Shown here piece by piece: positions 10,225-20,502 of a stretch of 64,000 nucleotides of DNA. Every line of letters begins with the position of its first letter. The stretch's first letter is position 1. The notes under the pieces were generated by a model. It ran no database searches. It saw nothing but the letters and a program-made list of their open reading frames with translations, and was not told the DNA's origin. This DNA comes from Flavobacteriales bacterium. Lineage in GTDB: Bacteria; Bacteroidota; Bacteroidia; Flavobacteriales; UBA7430. Made by a program: the position numbers and the translations under genes. Location of the stretch: NCBI GenBank assembly GCA_028110365.1, contig JAOGVT010000006.1:1872-65871 (forward strand). Reading direction: 5' to 3'.

Positions 10225-11029
10225 CTTCCAATAATTTTGACTGAATAACATCAACTGTTCTTAGTTTTTTTTGATTTAGCAATATACTTTTTATTTCTTC
10301 TTCAACATATTCTAAAGGAGCTAATTCTCCTTGAACTTTCTTGTCAAAGAGTCTTATAAAATATAAGTCTAACGAGTCTTTAAACTGTAAAGTATTGTTT
10401 TTTTGAAAAAAATTTGTCTCAAGATTTGCTTGAGGCAAAAAATCGCTAAACTCTGACCAATTTAACCACTCTTTAGGATTGTAGTAAAAGCGTTTAGCGT
10501 ACTGATGCGCATAGGCTTCTATAGCATCGTGGTTAAGAGGCTCATGTGAAAAAACCCATTCCTGTATTGAGTCTAACTCTGGGGCAACTTCACTAACTTT
10601 AATCAGCATTAACTTTACAATATCTTGTGCTAAAATATAATCATCGGTGTGTTGTTGAAAATAGCTTTCGATAGAACTTAATGACACAAGTGTGTCGTTG
10701 GTTTGGTGTATTAATTTTTGCTCGTAAGCATGGATTAGTAAAGAACGTCTGTAATCTTCCAACCTTTTATCTATTTCAAACTCACTAATATCAACATTTA
10801 ATTCAGCTTTCTGAAGAAGGAGTTCTTCTTGAGCCCAATTAATAATGTATTGTTGCACAAGCGCTGAACTATCAGCGGTAGATAAATGCTTATTAAGTAT
10901 CGATTTAACGTCAGATTCATACAAATAAGAGTCGTTAAGTCTAGCAATTAAAATGTCGTCAGTTCTTTCAAAGAAAGAACATGACGACAAAATAGCAATA
11001 GCTAATGTATAGATGAAGAACTTAAACAA
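10190..11029 (-). CDS. hypothetical lipoprotein, possibly a SurA-N-like chaperone-domain protein
   Basis: TTG start 3 nt after the upstream stop. Lipobox-like AIAILSSC. Helical, charged sequence sandwiched between two PPIase genes. No catalytic motif seen. Confidence 0.5.
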   Translation of the reverse strand: MFKFFIYTLAIAILSSCSFFERTDDILIARLNDSYLYESDVKSILNKHLSTADSSALVQQYIINWAQEELLLQKAELNVDISEFEIDKRLEDYRRSLLIHAYEQKLIHQTNDTLVSLSSIESYFQQHTDDYILAQDIVKLMLIKVSEVAPELDSIQEWVFSHEPLNHDAIEAYAHQYAKRFYYNPKEWLNWSEFSDFLPQANLETNFFQKNNTLQFKDSLDLYFIRLFDKKVQGELAPLEYVEEEIKSILLNQKKLRTVDVIQSKLLEDAKKSNQFEIY

Positions 11030-11032
11030 TGA

Positions 11033-13165
11033 TTAATCCCTCTTTAACTCGGTGGTGTATAAATTACCATACCACTCAAAAATAATATCTTTTGAAGAAC
11101 CTAGAGCTCTTCTAGCTTTACCAAAGCAACGAACAAAGTGTCCCTTATAGGACGGTATTTCAGGCACAACAACTACATCTAATTCACTTAGATTATCTGT
11201 TTTAACTAAATCCAAAACATAATTATTAAGCTCTACATCATATTTAGATTTAAGTTCACGCAACCAAGCCTGTTCTAATGCGTCTTGGTAATCTGATGTA
11301 ATAATTCCTTTAGCTTCGTTTAATTCTTTAACCTGCGGCTCTAAAATTTCGGTAATGTAAACAAGTTTAACGTTTTCATTATCCTTCATCAAATCAGAAA
11401 CTCCAACAACCCATTCAACAGAGTCTACAAACAGGTTGTCGCCGTGTGAATAAACACCTCGGTTAACATCCATGTTTAATGGAGACTTTTTATTCATTTT
11501 TAACTTAATCTTACCTAAATCTGTTTTCCCTTTTCGTAACTTATTGTAAACCTTACAAGCTATGGTCTCATTCTTACAGTTAATTACACTAGCTTCAGCT
11601 CTCTGATCCCACATGTAATTGAGCTTGTTAGCTTCATAAAATTCTTTTAAACCAATAGTGTCTTTAACAGACTTAGACCAAATTTTAGAATCTGTAAGTT
11701 CGTACAATAAAATACCATCACGGTATTCTTTCATTAACAATCTAAAGTCATTGTATTTGTTTTCTAAATTAAGATTTTCATAGGCTATCACTTCATCTTC
11801 GGTCCAAGAGGCTAAAGCATTGTCAATAACAGAAGTAATTTGAACTTTAGATTTTGAATTGATTTTTTTAAGTGATTTAGTCAAATAAATCGCAAAATCT
11901 AATTGAGAATAAACTTTATCTTCTAGAGAAAAAATGGTTTTAGTTAACTCTTTTTTATTTTTTTCTACAGACCAATTTCCTGATAAAAAGTCTTTTGAAA
12001 CAATATTCTTTACTTGAGTGAAAGCTGATTTATTGAAGGCATACTTGTAATCTATTTTAAGTTTATTTACCAGAGAAGAACGCCTAACCTGAGCTCTAGA
12101 ATCTTTTTCTACTTTCTTTTTTATTTCGGCCTTTTCATCTTCAAAAGTGCCCAAACCTTTTTTATCGATTAATTTAATAATATGCCAACCATAAGGTGTA
12201 GCAACGGGTTCAGTTATCGCACCAATTTCAGTAATTTCGAAAGCTGCATTCTCGAAACTCTCTACCATTCTATTTGAACCAAACCATGGTAAAGCACCTC
12301 CTTTAGATGCGTTGTTTTTATCATCTGAGTATTGTTTAGCCATTTCAGCAAAATCTGCATTTTCAGAAATAAGTTTGGTGTAAATTTCATTTATTTTCAG
12401 CTGAGCTAAATCGATTTCTTCTTTTGTGTTTTCACCAGACGGCTTAGGGAATTTAACCATAATGTGTGCTGTTTTAACTTCGCCTCTGGAAGCTCTCTTG
12501 TCTTTTACCTGAAGTATGTGATAACCAAATCGTGTACGAACAATATCAGAAACTTCTCCAACAGCAGTATTGTAAGCCGCATTTTCGAAAGGATAAACCA
12601 TGTACATTGCACTAAAATAACCTAAATCACCTGCATTATCTTTGGCAGATGGATCTTGAGAGTATTGTTTAGCGTAAGCATTAAAATCAGCTCCATTTAT
12701 TATTTCTTTTCGCAGTTTTAATATTTTATTATATGCCTTAAGTGTATCAGCAGGAGAAGCTTCAGCGTTTACTGTAATAAGTATATGACCAGCTTTAACT
12801 TCTTGTTTCAACCTATTGTAGGCCTCAATTACTAATTGCTCTCCGGCTTGTTTGTCAACTAAATATGGCGTTGCTAGCTGCTTTCTATAGCCTTGGAGTT
12901 CTTTAATAAAACTAGGAACCGTATCCATACCCAATGCCTCAGCTTCTTTTACTTTTAGCTTAAAGTTGATAAATAAATCAACGTATTCGTCTAGTGTTTT
13001 TGGATCAATGGCTTCTCCAACAGCTCTATTTTTGTTGTAAATACTCAAAAAGTCATCAACACTAACCTCTTCTCCACCAATAGTTAAAAGTGTTCTACTA
13101 GTTTCTTGAGCTAATGCATTAAAACTTACTAAAGCAATAACGACTGTGTAAATTATTTTTTTCAT
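11033..13165 (-). CDS. large periplasmic peptidyl-prolyl isomerase with two parvulin domains (PpiD/SurA-like)
   Basis: Start chosen at MKKIIYTVVIALVSFNALAQ (signal peptide); the listed 743-aa ORF is an upstream extension that runs into guaB. Two rotamase domains: KAGHILI...DLGYF....MVYPFENAAY....GEVS.IV.T.FGYHILQV and KTAHIMV...GGALPWFG.NRMVESFENAAF........ATPYGWHIIKL. Confidence 0.8.
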   Translation of the reverse strand: MKKIIYTVVIALVSFNALAQETSRTLLTIGGEEVSVDDFLSIYNKNRAVGEAIDPKTLDEYVDLFINFKLKVKEAEALGMDTVPSFIKELQGYRKQLATPYLVDKQAGEQLVIEAYNRLKQEVKAGHILITVNAEASPADTLKAYNKILKLRKEIINGADFNAYAKQYSQDPSAKDNAGDLGYFSAMYMVYPFENAAYNTAVGEVSDIVRTRFGYHILQVKDKRASRGEVKTAHIMVKFPKPSGENTKEEIDLAQLKINEIYTKLISENADFAEMAKQYSDDKNNASKGGALPWFGSNRMVESFENAAFEITEIGAITEPVATPYGWHIIKLIDKKGLGTFEDEKAEIKKKVEKDSRAQVRRSSLVNKLKIDYKYAFNKSAFTQVKNIVSKDFLSGNWSVEKNKKELTKTIFSLEDKVYSQLDFAIYLTKSLKKINSKSKVQITSVIDNALASWTEDEVIAYENLNLENKYNDFRLLMKEYRDGILLYELTDSKIWSKSVKDTIGLKEFYEANKLNYMWDQRAEASVINCKNETIACKVYNKLRKGKTDLGKIKLKMNKKSPLNMDVNRGVYSHGDNLFVDSVEWVVGVSDLMKDNENVKLVYITEILEPQVKELNEAKGIITSDYQDALEQAWLRELKSKYDVELNNYVLDLVKTDNLSELDVVVVPEIPSYKGHFVRCFGKARRALGSSKDIIFEWYGNLYTTELKRD

Positions 13166-13175
13166 TTGATAAAGT

Positions 13176-14654
13176 TTATTTTCTACTATAATTTGGTGAT
13201 TCACGAGTAATGGTAACATCGTGCGGGTGAGATTCAATAACACCTGCACTGGTAATTCTAACAAATTGAGCGTTTTCTTTAAGAGACAAAATATCTTTAG
13301 AGCCGCAGTACCCCATACCTGCTCTTAGCCCACCTATAAATTGATACATAACCTCTGCCAAAGATCCTTTGTAATCTACGCGTCCAACAATACCTTCGGG
13401 TACTAGTTTCTGAACATCGTCTTCTACATCTTGAAAATAACGATCTTTAGAGCCCGCTTTCATAGCATCAATAGAGCCCATCCCTCTATAGGCTTTGTAT
13501 TTACGACCTTCGTATATAATTGTTTCTCCAGGCGATTCTTCTGTACCAGCGAGCAAAGACCCAAGCATTACCGAATCTGCACCAGCAGAAATTGCTTTAA
13601 CAATATCTCCCGTGTAACGAATACCTCCATCAGCAATTACAGGAACACCTGACCCTTTAATGGCTTCAGAAACCATCATTACTGCAGTTAATTGCGGAAC
13701 ACCTACACCAGCAACCACTCGAGTTGTACAGATAGAACCAGGACCAATACCAACTTTTAAACCATCTGCTCCAGCCTCAACTAAGTAACGAGCAGCATCA
13801 GCTGTAGCTATATTACCTACAACAACATCTAAGTTTGGATACTGAGATTTAATTAACTTTAATGTATCAACTACTCCTTTGGTATGGCCATGAGCGGTAT
13901 CCACAATAATGGCATCTACACCAGCAGTTACAAGAGCATTTACACGATCCATAACATCACCGGTAACGCCAACAGCTGCAGCAACTCTTAATCTACCAAA
14001 AGAATCTTTATTTGAGTTTGGCTGAACGCGAACCTTTATAATATCTCTGTAGGTAATTAGACCAACCAGAATATTGTCTTTGTCAACAACAGGTAATTTT
14101 TCTATTTTATGATCTTGCAGAATTTCTTCAGCTTGAGATAGTGTTGTGTTTTCTTTGGTAACAACCAAGCCTTTTTTGGTCATTACATCATTAACCGATA
14201 AAGTATTGTCTTTTACAAAACGCAAGTCTCTGTTGGTTACAATACCAATTAATTTACGATTGTCATCTACCACCGGAATTCCTCCAATGCTAAATTCTTT
14301 CATCATCTTTTTAGCATCCGCTACTGTAGATGTGTGAGAAAGTGTTACGGGATCCAATATCATTCCAGACTCAGATCTTTTAACAGCATATACTTCCTTT
14401 GCTTGAGCTTCTATACTCATGTTTTTATGTAAAACAGCAATACCTCCTTCCCGAGCAATGGCAATTGCCATAGCAGATTCAGAAACAGTATCCATTGCTG
14501 CAGATACGATTGGTGTATTTAAGGAAATATTTCTAGAAAATTTAGATGTGATATTTACATCACGCGGCAAAACCTCAGAATAAGCAGGAGCCAACAACAC
14601 ATCGTCGTAGGTTAAGCCCTCTCCAATGAATTTATCTGTAGAATGTAAGTCCAT
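13176..14654 (-). CDS. guaB: IMP dehydrogenase
   Basis: [10 protein letters not shown], tandem CBS region, catalytic loop [13 protein letters not shown], and [12 protein letters not shown]. Start set at MDLHSTDKF (M15 of the listed ORF), which lies downstream of a -7 box. Confidence 0.95.
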   Translation of the reverse strand: MDLHSTDKFIGEGLTYDDVLLAPAYSEVLPRDVNITSKFSRNISLNTPIVSAAMDTVSESAMAIAIAREGGIAVLHKNMSIEAQAKEVYAVKRSESGMILDPVTLSHTSTVADAKKMMKEFSIGGIPVVDDNRKLIGIVTNRDLRFVKDNTLSVNDVMTKKGLVVTKENTTLSQAEEILQDHKIEKLPVVDKDNILVGLITYRDIIKVRVQPNSNKDSFGRLRVAAAVGVTGDVMDRVNALVTAGVDAIIVDTAHGHTKGVVDTLKLIKSQYPNLDVVVGNIATADAARYLVEAGADGLKVGIGPGSICTTRVVAGVGVPQLTAVMMVSEAIKGSGVPVIADGGIRYTGDIVKAISAGADSVMLGSLLAGTEESPGETIIYEGRKYKAYRGMGSIDAMKAGSKDRYFQDVEDDVQKLVPEGIVGRVDYKGSLAEVMYQFIGGLRAGMGYCGSKDILSLKENAQFVRITSAGVIESHPHDVTITRESPNYSRK

Positions 14655-14685
14655 GTAACGGCAATTTTTTAGTTTTAATTGCATG

Positions 14686-14693
14686 CAAATATA
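14686..14693 (-). promoter_or_regulatory. candidate Bacteroidota -7 promoter box (TATATTTG on the minus strand) for guaB
   Basis: Plus-strand caaatata is minus-strand TATATTTG, an exact match to TAnnTTTG, 31 nt upstream of the proposed guaB ATG. No clear -33 TTG. This 6-specified-base motif is expected by chance roughly once per 1-2 kb in AT-rich DNA. Confidence 0.35.
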
Positions 14694-14728
14694 CAAAATA
14701 AACCTGCTTTACCACCATTACGACTCTA

Positions 14729-14752
14729 GGTTTTAAAAGCAAATTTAAAACC
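14729..14752 (-). terminator. AT-rich hairpin downstream of fadJ (possible terminator; no U-tract)
   Basis: Perfect 9-bp arms ggttttaaa / tttaaaacc with a 6-nt loop, about 50 nt after the fadJ-like stop. It is not followed by a T-run on the minus strand. Confidence 0.3.
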
Positions 14753-14803
14753 TGTGAACCCGTAATTTATTTCCAATAAAATCAATATAAAAATTTAAAA
14801 TCT

Positions 14804-16927
14804 TTAATAAAAGGTCTTGTTAGATTTGGCATATTCTATAAGCATGTCACATGCACTAAAACGTTCACCGAACGTATTTCTATACGCGTCTAATTCCTTT
14901 AAGATGATTGCTGCACCAACCTGATCAATGTAACGAAACGGGCCACCAGTAAATGGGCGGAAGCCAATACCAAAAATAGCGCCTAAGTCTCCATCTTCAA
15001 CGGATTCAATGATACCCTCCTGCAAACACAAAACGGCTTCGTTTAACAAAAGTAAACTTAAGCGTAATTGAACCTCAACTGCATTAAATTTCTTTGGCCT
15101 TGGATTGCCAAAAAACTGACCAACAGCAGGATTAAATTTACCTCGTCTTTTTTTACCCTTTGAATCGTAAGCCAAGAATCCTCTTTTATTTTTACGACCT
15201 TTGTAACCAGCATCGTTCATTAACAAGAGCCCCTTACTCATTAAAGCACCATCACGCTTCTTAAACATTTCGGCAAGATCTCCAGTCATTACATGTGCAC
15301 CAACATCAATACCAACCTCATCCAATAAAGCAAAAGGCCCTACAGGAAATCCATATTGTTTCATTACGCTGTCAATCTCTAGAATACCTGCGCCCTCTTC
15401 AAGCAACAACATCGCTTCGTTTAAATAGGGAGCTAAAATTCTGTTCACATAAAAACCTGGGCCATTATTAACTACAATAGTTGTCTTTCCTTGCTTTAAT
15501 CCTAAATTGTAACATGTAGCAATTGTACTGGCGGAGGTTTTAGGAGTTTTAACAATTTCTAACAAGGGCATTTTAGAAACTGGTGAAAAATAATGTAAGC
15601 CAATTACATTTTCGGGATGCTTTGCAAATTTCCCTATTTCTTCAATAGACAATGCAGAGGTATTTGTAGCAAAAATAAAATCATTTTTTGTAAACTTCTC
15701 AACCTCTGCGAGTATCTTCTGCTTCATACCCATATCTTCAAATACCGCCTCAACTAGTACATCAACCTTATTAAAATAGTTGTAGTCTAACTGGCCTTTA
15801 ACAGATGCAATCGCGTTTTTAGCTTCAATTTTGGATAGGGATTTTCGTTTGACTTTTTTGGACAACGATGCCCAAAGTAATTTCTTTGCGGATTGTATGG
15901 TTTTAGGATTAATGTCTTTTAAAACGATATCTATTCCTTTACCTAGTGTTACTTCGGCAATACCACAACCCATAAAACCAGCCCCTAACAACCCTAAAGT
16001 AGTTAACTCATTTGCATGTTCCTCCCAAGGATTTTTCTTTTTACTGGTCATTGCAAAAAATAAATTCCTCAGTTCTTTAGAGACAGAACCAATCATGAGC
16101 TCTTCGAACTTTAAAACTTCTTTATGGTAACCGGCAGCTGCCCCATACTTCAAACCTGCTTCAATACAATTAATAATTTCCATGGGCGCAGGATAATTAC
16201 CCATAGTTTGTCTGAGCACTTTTTTGCGAGCTTCTTTATAAACAATAGACCTACCCAAAGAAGTATGATCTAGAAATTTAGTAAATAAGGACGTTTTACG
16301 ACGCCGCTTTAATGGTTTACTTACTAAACTTAAAGCTAATTTTTCGGCTGCTTTTTTTAATTTAGAATGGGGAACCAATTCATCTACTAAACCTATTTTT
16401 TTTGCCCGTCTTGCAAACACATTTTTCCCAGTAAGCATCATATCTAAACTTGCTTGCAAGCCAATCAAACGAGGCAAACGCTGCGTACCTCCTCCGCCAG
16501 GTAACAAACCTAATTTTACCTCGGGCAGAGCTAATTTGGTGCTTTTATGATCTGACGCTATACGAGCAGCACAGGCCAAAGGCAACTCAACACCCAAGCC
16601 ATAAGCAGTTCCATGAATAGCAGCCACAAAAGGTTTGGTTGAATTTTCGAGTTTAGCTAACAGTCGGTGTCCTTTGATAGAAATGGGCTGAAAATCGCCT
16701 ACCTTATCTGCTTTGAATGACTGAATATCTGCTCCGGCAATAAAATCTTTTTTTGCAGAAATAAAAACTGCAGCTTTTACCGAGTCATCAGCAATCACCT
16801 CATCTATAACTTTTTCAAAAACGTCTATTAAAGTAGGTGATACAATGTTCACTTTAGAGCCTTGTTGATCCAAACAAAGGAAAGCAACACCATTACTGAT
16901 TTGTTTTTTTAAATGTTGATCTGTCAT
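14804..16927 (-). CDS. fadJ: bifunctional enoyl-CoA hydratase / 3-hydroxyacyl-CoA dehydrogenase (fatty-acid oxidation complex alpha subunit)
   Basis: N-terminal crotonase fold (FIAGADI..., AAIHGTAYGLGVELPLAC). Central NAD Rossmann LGLLGAGFMGCGIA with HFFSPV-like HYFSPVSKMPLLEIV. Lies 2 nt downstream of a 430-aa thiolase, which is fadI-fadJ order and sizes. Confidence 0.9.
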   Translation of the reverse strand: MTDQHLKKQISNGVAFLCLDQQGSKVNIVSPTLIDVFEKVIDEVIADDSVKAAVFISAKKDFIAGADIQSFKADKVGDFQPISIKGHRLLAKLENSTKPFVAAIHGTAYGLGVELPLACAARIASDHKSTKLALPEVKLGLLPGGGGTQRLPRLIGLQASLDMMLTGKNVFARRAKKIGLVDELVPHSKLKKAAEKLALSLVSKPLKRRRKTSLFTKFLDHTSLGRSIVYKEARKKVLRQTMGNYPAPMEIINCIEAGLKYGAAAGYHKEVLKFEELMIGSVSKELRNLFFAMTSKKKNPWEEHANELTTLGLLGAGFMGCGIAEVTLGKGIDIVLKDINPKTIQSAKKLLWASLSKKVKRKSLSKIEAKNAIASVKGQLDYNYFNKVDVLVEAVFEDMGMKQKILAEVEKFTKNDFIFATNTSALSIEEIGKFAKHPENVIGLHYFSPVSKMPLLEIVKTPKTSASTIATCYNLGLKQGKTTIVVNNGPGFYVNRILAPYLNEAMLLLEEGAGILEIDSVMKQYGFPVGPFALLDEVGIDVGAHVMTGDLAEMFKKRDGALMSKGLLLMNDAGYKGRKNKRGFLAYDSKGKKRRGKFNPAVGQFFGNPRPKKFNAVEVQLRLSLLLLNEAVLCLQEGIIESVEDGDLGAIFGIGFRPFTGGPFRYIDQVGAAIILKELDAYRNTFGERFSACDMLIEYAKSNKTFY

Positions 16928-16928
16928 T

Positions 16929-18221
16929 TTATGTATTGTATTTTTTTATAATCATAGCATGTCCTTGAGCTCCTGCGGCACACGCAGCTATTAAAGCGTA
17001 CGTCCCCCCCTCTTTTATTAATCTATTGGAGGCAGTAGTAAGTAAACGAGAGCCTGTGGCTCCAAAAGGATGACCAATAGAGAGCGAGCCTCCCCATTTA
17101 TTTAATTTAGATGGGTTTATTACACCAACTGCTTTAGTTCTTCCCAGCTTATTTTTTGCAAATTCGTCGGAAGCCAAACACTTTATATTAGCGAGAACTT
17201 GACCTGCAAATGCCTCGTGTAATTCAATAACGTCCATTTGATCTAATGTTAAATTTGCTTTTTCTAATACCTTAGCTATTGCATAAGCTGGCCCTAACAA
17301 CAATTCATCTTCTAAATCTTGCCCTGTAAAAGTGTATGCTATAATAGACGATTTTGGTTTTAGAGACAATTCAACTGCCTTAGCTTCACTCATAATGAGA
17401 GAGGCAGCACCACCATCTGTTAAAAAGGAAGAGTTTGCCGCAGTTAGGGTACCGTGCTTCTTATCGAAAGCAGCTCTTAGCTTAGCTAATTTCGCTCTTT
17501 TAGCTGATGGTCTAATTCCATTGTCTGATGTAATTGCCTTAAATTTTGGTATTAATGCTACCTCACACATCTCGTCTTTTAAAAACCCCGCCTCTTGAGC
17601 TTTTCCTGCAAGTTGATGCGAACGATACGCAAAATCGTCCTGTTCTTCTCTACTCACATTAAATCGAGCCGCCATAATATCACAATCTTGCCCCATCGTT
17701 CTGCCCGTCGTGTATTCTGCTACAGCTGGTCTTACAGGAATAAAGTCTGAAAAACGAAGCGAGAAAATAAACTTTAAAGTACCACCTAAACCACTCAGTT
17801 TTTGTGCTCCAAATAGCTTGTTACGCATCTTTTTGGGAAAGCCTATTGGGGTATCTGAGGTGTTTTCTACACCACCCGCAATAATTACATCCGCATTTCC
17901 AACTAAAATTTCGTTAACGCCATTGCAAATAGCTCTGTTTGCAGAAATACAAGCTTGAGTAACTGTTTGGCAATGTGTCGTGTTTGGAATACCTGCACTC
18001 AAAGCAGCTTCTCTGGCTACGTTAGAGGTTTGTACGTTGGAAATAACAGTACCCATAATAACCTGATCTACCTCTTTCGGGTTTAAGTCTGTTTTTTGTA
18101 ACAAACCTTTAATGGCGAACTGTCCGAGCTCATAAGACATCAGGTTTAAGTAATCGGTGCCCGACTTTAAAAATGGAGTTCTACAACCATCAATAAATAC
18201 AATGTTTTTTTTATTCATCAT
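16929..18221 (-). CDS. fadI: acetyl-CoA C-acyltransferase (3-ketoacyl-CoA thiolase, FadI-like long form)
   Basis: Thiolase motifs: active-site region VTQACISANRAI, C-terminal NKWGGSLSIGHPFGATGSRL and ACAAGAQGHAMII. Confidence 0.9.
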   Translation of the reverse strand: MMNKKNIVFIDGCRTPFLKSGTDYLNLMSYELGQFAIKGLLQKTDLNPKEVDQVIMGTVISNVQTSNVAREAALSAGIPNTTHCQTVTQACISANRAICNGVNEILVGNADVIIAGGVENTSDTPIGFPKKMRNKLFGAQKLSGLGGTLKFIFSLRFSDFIPVRPAVAEYTTGRTMGQDCDIMAARFNVSREEQDDFAYRSHQLAGKAQEAGFLKDEMCEVALIPKFKAITSDNGIRPSAKRAKLAKLRAAFDKKHGTLTAANSSFLTDGGAASLIMSEAKAVELSLKPKSSIIAYTFTGQDLEDELLLGPAYAIAKVLEKANLTLDQMDVIELHEAFAGQVLANIKCLASDEFAKNKLGRTKAVGVINPSKLNKWGGSLSIGHPFGATGSRLLTTASNRLIKEGGTYALIAACAAGAQGHAMIIKKYNT

Positions 18222-18275
18222 AAATAATTCTTTGTTTTTGTTTTTTTATCTAACCCTGCATTGTATTTTAGCGTT

Positions 18276-18752
18276 ATGGATGATTTTGAAATTTATGCCG
18301 AACAAATTATTGTTCATAAAATACGATCTGCTTGGTTCGAGATGTCTCGAATGTTTAATCAAGTTGCAAGTGCTCATAACATAACGCTTTCAGTTGGTTT
18401 TACGCTCATTTCCATTTTCGAAGAAGACGGTACGCCAGTAACTAAAATTGCACCTCGAATGGGCATGGAACCCAACAGTCTTTCTCGGATTTTGAAATCT
18501 ATGGAAAAAGAGGGTTTGGTTGAACGTATTTCTGATAAAAAAGACAAGCGTAAAGTTTTAGTTAAACTTACTGAAAAAGGACAAGATAAACGTAAAGTAT
18601 CGCTTGTATCTGTTTTCAGATTAAACAATGCTATGTTAGATGATTTAGATCCTATTAAAGTAAAACATTTTTACGAGGTAATTAATTCTGTTCCAAAATC
18701 AACATCTAAAACATTGGATAAAATGTTACAAGAAATAAAAGACGCTAACTAA
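18276..18752 (+). CDS. MarR-family transcriptional regulator
   Basis: Winged-HTH pattern typical of MarR (..TPVTKIAPRMGMEPNSLSRILKSMEKEGLVERISDKKDKRKVLVKLTEKG..). ATG at 18276 preferred over the listed TTG at 18261. Divergent from fadI, with its 3' end overlapping the acyl-CoA dehydrogenase gene by 8 nt. Confidence 0.8.
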   Translation: MDDFEIYAEQIIVHKIRSAWFEMSRMFNQVASAHNITLSVGFTLISIFEEDGTPVTKIAPRMGMEPNSLSRILKSMEKEGLVERISDKKDKRKVLVKLTEKGQDKRKVSLVSVFRLNNAMLDDLDPIKVKHFYEVINSVPKSTSKTLDKMLQEIKDAN

Positions 18753-20502
18753 AGGTATAACCTCTTTCTTCTATCAAATAATCTGCTATACTTCGTCTCT
18801 TCTCTTTCGCATTAATCGTATAATCAGGAATTAAATTCCGAACACATTTTTTCATCATCGAATTCTCCAGACCGTTCGAATACGCATTTATAACCTCATG
18901 GGCAGATACACGTATTTTAGCAAAGGCATCGTAGGCCTGTACTTTTGATATATTTACATAAATAGCAACTTTAGGGTTTTTATTTAATCGAGCTTTCTCT
19001 ACTCTCAATAACGTAGATTCTAAAACAAATATTTCGGTTAAAATATCAGAAAGATTCATAACAATTTCTTGTTGTTCAATAAGGTTTTTTTTCAACTTTC
19101 TTCCAACAGCTCCAGTTAGCAACAAGAAAACAGTTTTTAAATTTGCAACTCGTTTATGTAAAACAGAACTGTGAGGAGTAAGGACAGATTTAAATGCTAA
19201 AAGTGGGGCCTTTTTCATTGCAGCCAAAACCTCTATTTCCTTTGTTTGAAAAGTTCTTTTCATTAATTCTCCAACAATGAGTAATCGGTTAACCTCATTA
19301 GTCCCTTCGTATATTTTTGTAATTCGAGAATCTCTATAACCACGCTCTACACCAGTTTCCATAGCATAACCCATACCTCCATGAATCTGAATGGCTTCGT
19401 CGGTAACGTAACAAAGAACATCAGAACCATAAACTTTGGCTATAGAACATTCAATAGCGTATTCTCTAATAGCGTTAACTTTTGCTTCATTCTGCGAAAA
19501 GCCTAAATCCTTTAGATTTTGATATTTTTCATCTATTAAATGACCAATACGATAGGTAGCAGATTCGTTTGCAAAAGTTTTAACAGCCATGTCCGCAAGT
19601 TTATGCTTTATAGCTCCAAAATCGGAAATTGGCTTCTTAAATTGTACGCGTTCTTTGGCATAAGCAACAGAGGTTTCAATAGCTACCTTTGAGCCGCCTA
19701 CGGCACTAGCTCCAATTTTCAATCTTCCTGAGTTTAAAATATTTAAGGCAATCTTAAAACCAGCTTGTCGCTCACCTAGTAGATTTTCCTTTGGAACTTT
19801 ACAGTCGTTAAAAAATACTTGAATCGTTGAGGAGCCTTTAATCCCCATTTTCTTCTCTTCTTCTCCTAAGGTAATTCCTCCAAAATCTTTTTCTACAATG
19901 AAAGCCGATAAATTCTTATCAGCATCAATTTTAGCAAATACTATAAATATTTCTGCAAAGCCACCATTGGTAATCCACATCTTTTGACCATTGATAAGGT
20001 AATGAGTTCCCTCAGTATTTAATATGGCTTTTGTTTTACCAGAATTTGCATCCGAACCGGCATCGGGTTCTGTTAAACAATAAGAAGCTATAAATTTACC
20101 GTTAGCTAATCCAGGAAGGTATTTTTCTTTTTGAGCTTCTGTACCGTAATATACTATTGGCAGAGTACCTATAGAAGTGTGTGCCCCAATTGCTGTGGCA
20201 TAAGCATGTCCATGTGCAGTAGTTTCTCCAAATATGAGTGTGGTAACCATATCCAGATCCATGCCCCCCATCTCCTCAGCTATATTTACACCTAACATTC
20301 CTAATGCTGCAGATTTCTTTAATAACGATGGCATTAAAGATTTGTCGACCATGGAGTCTATCTCCTCTAGATTGGGCTTTACTTCCTTCTGAATAAAATC
20401 GATGATCATTTCTTTTATCATCAATTGTTCTTCGTTAAAGTCTTCTGGAACAAAAACAGCTGAAGCTGCGGTTTGCTGGTAAATAAAAGCCCCTCCTTTC
20501 AT
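18745..20502 (-). CDS. long-chain-type acyl-CoA dehydrogenase (~585 aa, with C-terminal helical extension)
   Basis: ACAD motifs YCLTEPDAGSDA, MWITNGG, and QIHGGMGYAMETGVERGYRDSRITKIYEGTNEVNR, followed by a ~170-aa extension. Start set at MKGGAFIYQQ (M21 of the listed ORF). Confidence 0.85.
   Translation of the reverse strand: MKGGAFIYQQTAASAVFVPEDFNEEQLMIKEMIIDFIQKEVKPNLEEIDSMVDKSLMPSLLKKSAALGMLGVNIAEEMGGMDLDMVTTLIFGETTAHGHAYATAIGAHTSIGTLPIVYYGTEAQKEKYLPGLANGKFIASYCLTEPDAGSDANSGKTKAILNTEGTHYLINGQKMWITNGGFAEIFIVFAKIDADKNLSAFIVEKDFGGITLGEEEKKMGIKGSSTIQVFFNDCKVPKENLLGERQAGFKIALNILNSGRLKIGASAVGGSKVAIETSVAYAKERVQFKKPISDFGAIKHKLADMAVKTFANESATYRIGHLIDEKYQNLKDLGFSQNEAKVNAIREYAIECSIAKVYGSDVLCYVTDEAIQIHGGMGYAMETGVERGYRDSRITKIYEGTNEVNRLLIVGELMKRTFQTKEIEVLAAMKKAPLLAFKSVLTPHSSVLHKRVANLKTVFLLLTGAVGRKLKKNLIEQQEIVMNLSDILTEIFVLESTLLRVEKARLNKNPKVAIYVNISKVQAYDAFAKIRVSAHEVINAYSNGLENSMMKKCVRNLIPDYTINAKEKRRSIADYLIEERGYTFS

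Noticed and set aside
13166-14696. N-terminal extensions of listed ORFs: 743-aa PPIase ORF reaching 13264, guaB from 14696, dapF from 28974, aminotransferase from 40323, acyl-CoA dehydrogenase from 20562, tsaC from 31990, marR from 18261, YdiJ-like from 28998.
   Set aside because: The extensions overlap the upstream gene, a terminator or a candidate promoter box and add non-homologous residues in front of well-known conserved N-termini or signal peptides. Internal starts were used instead.
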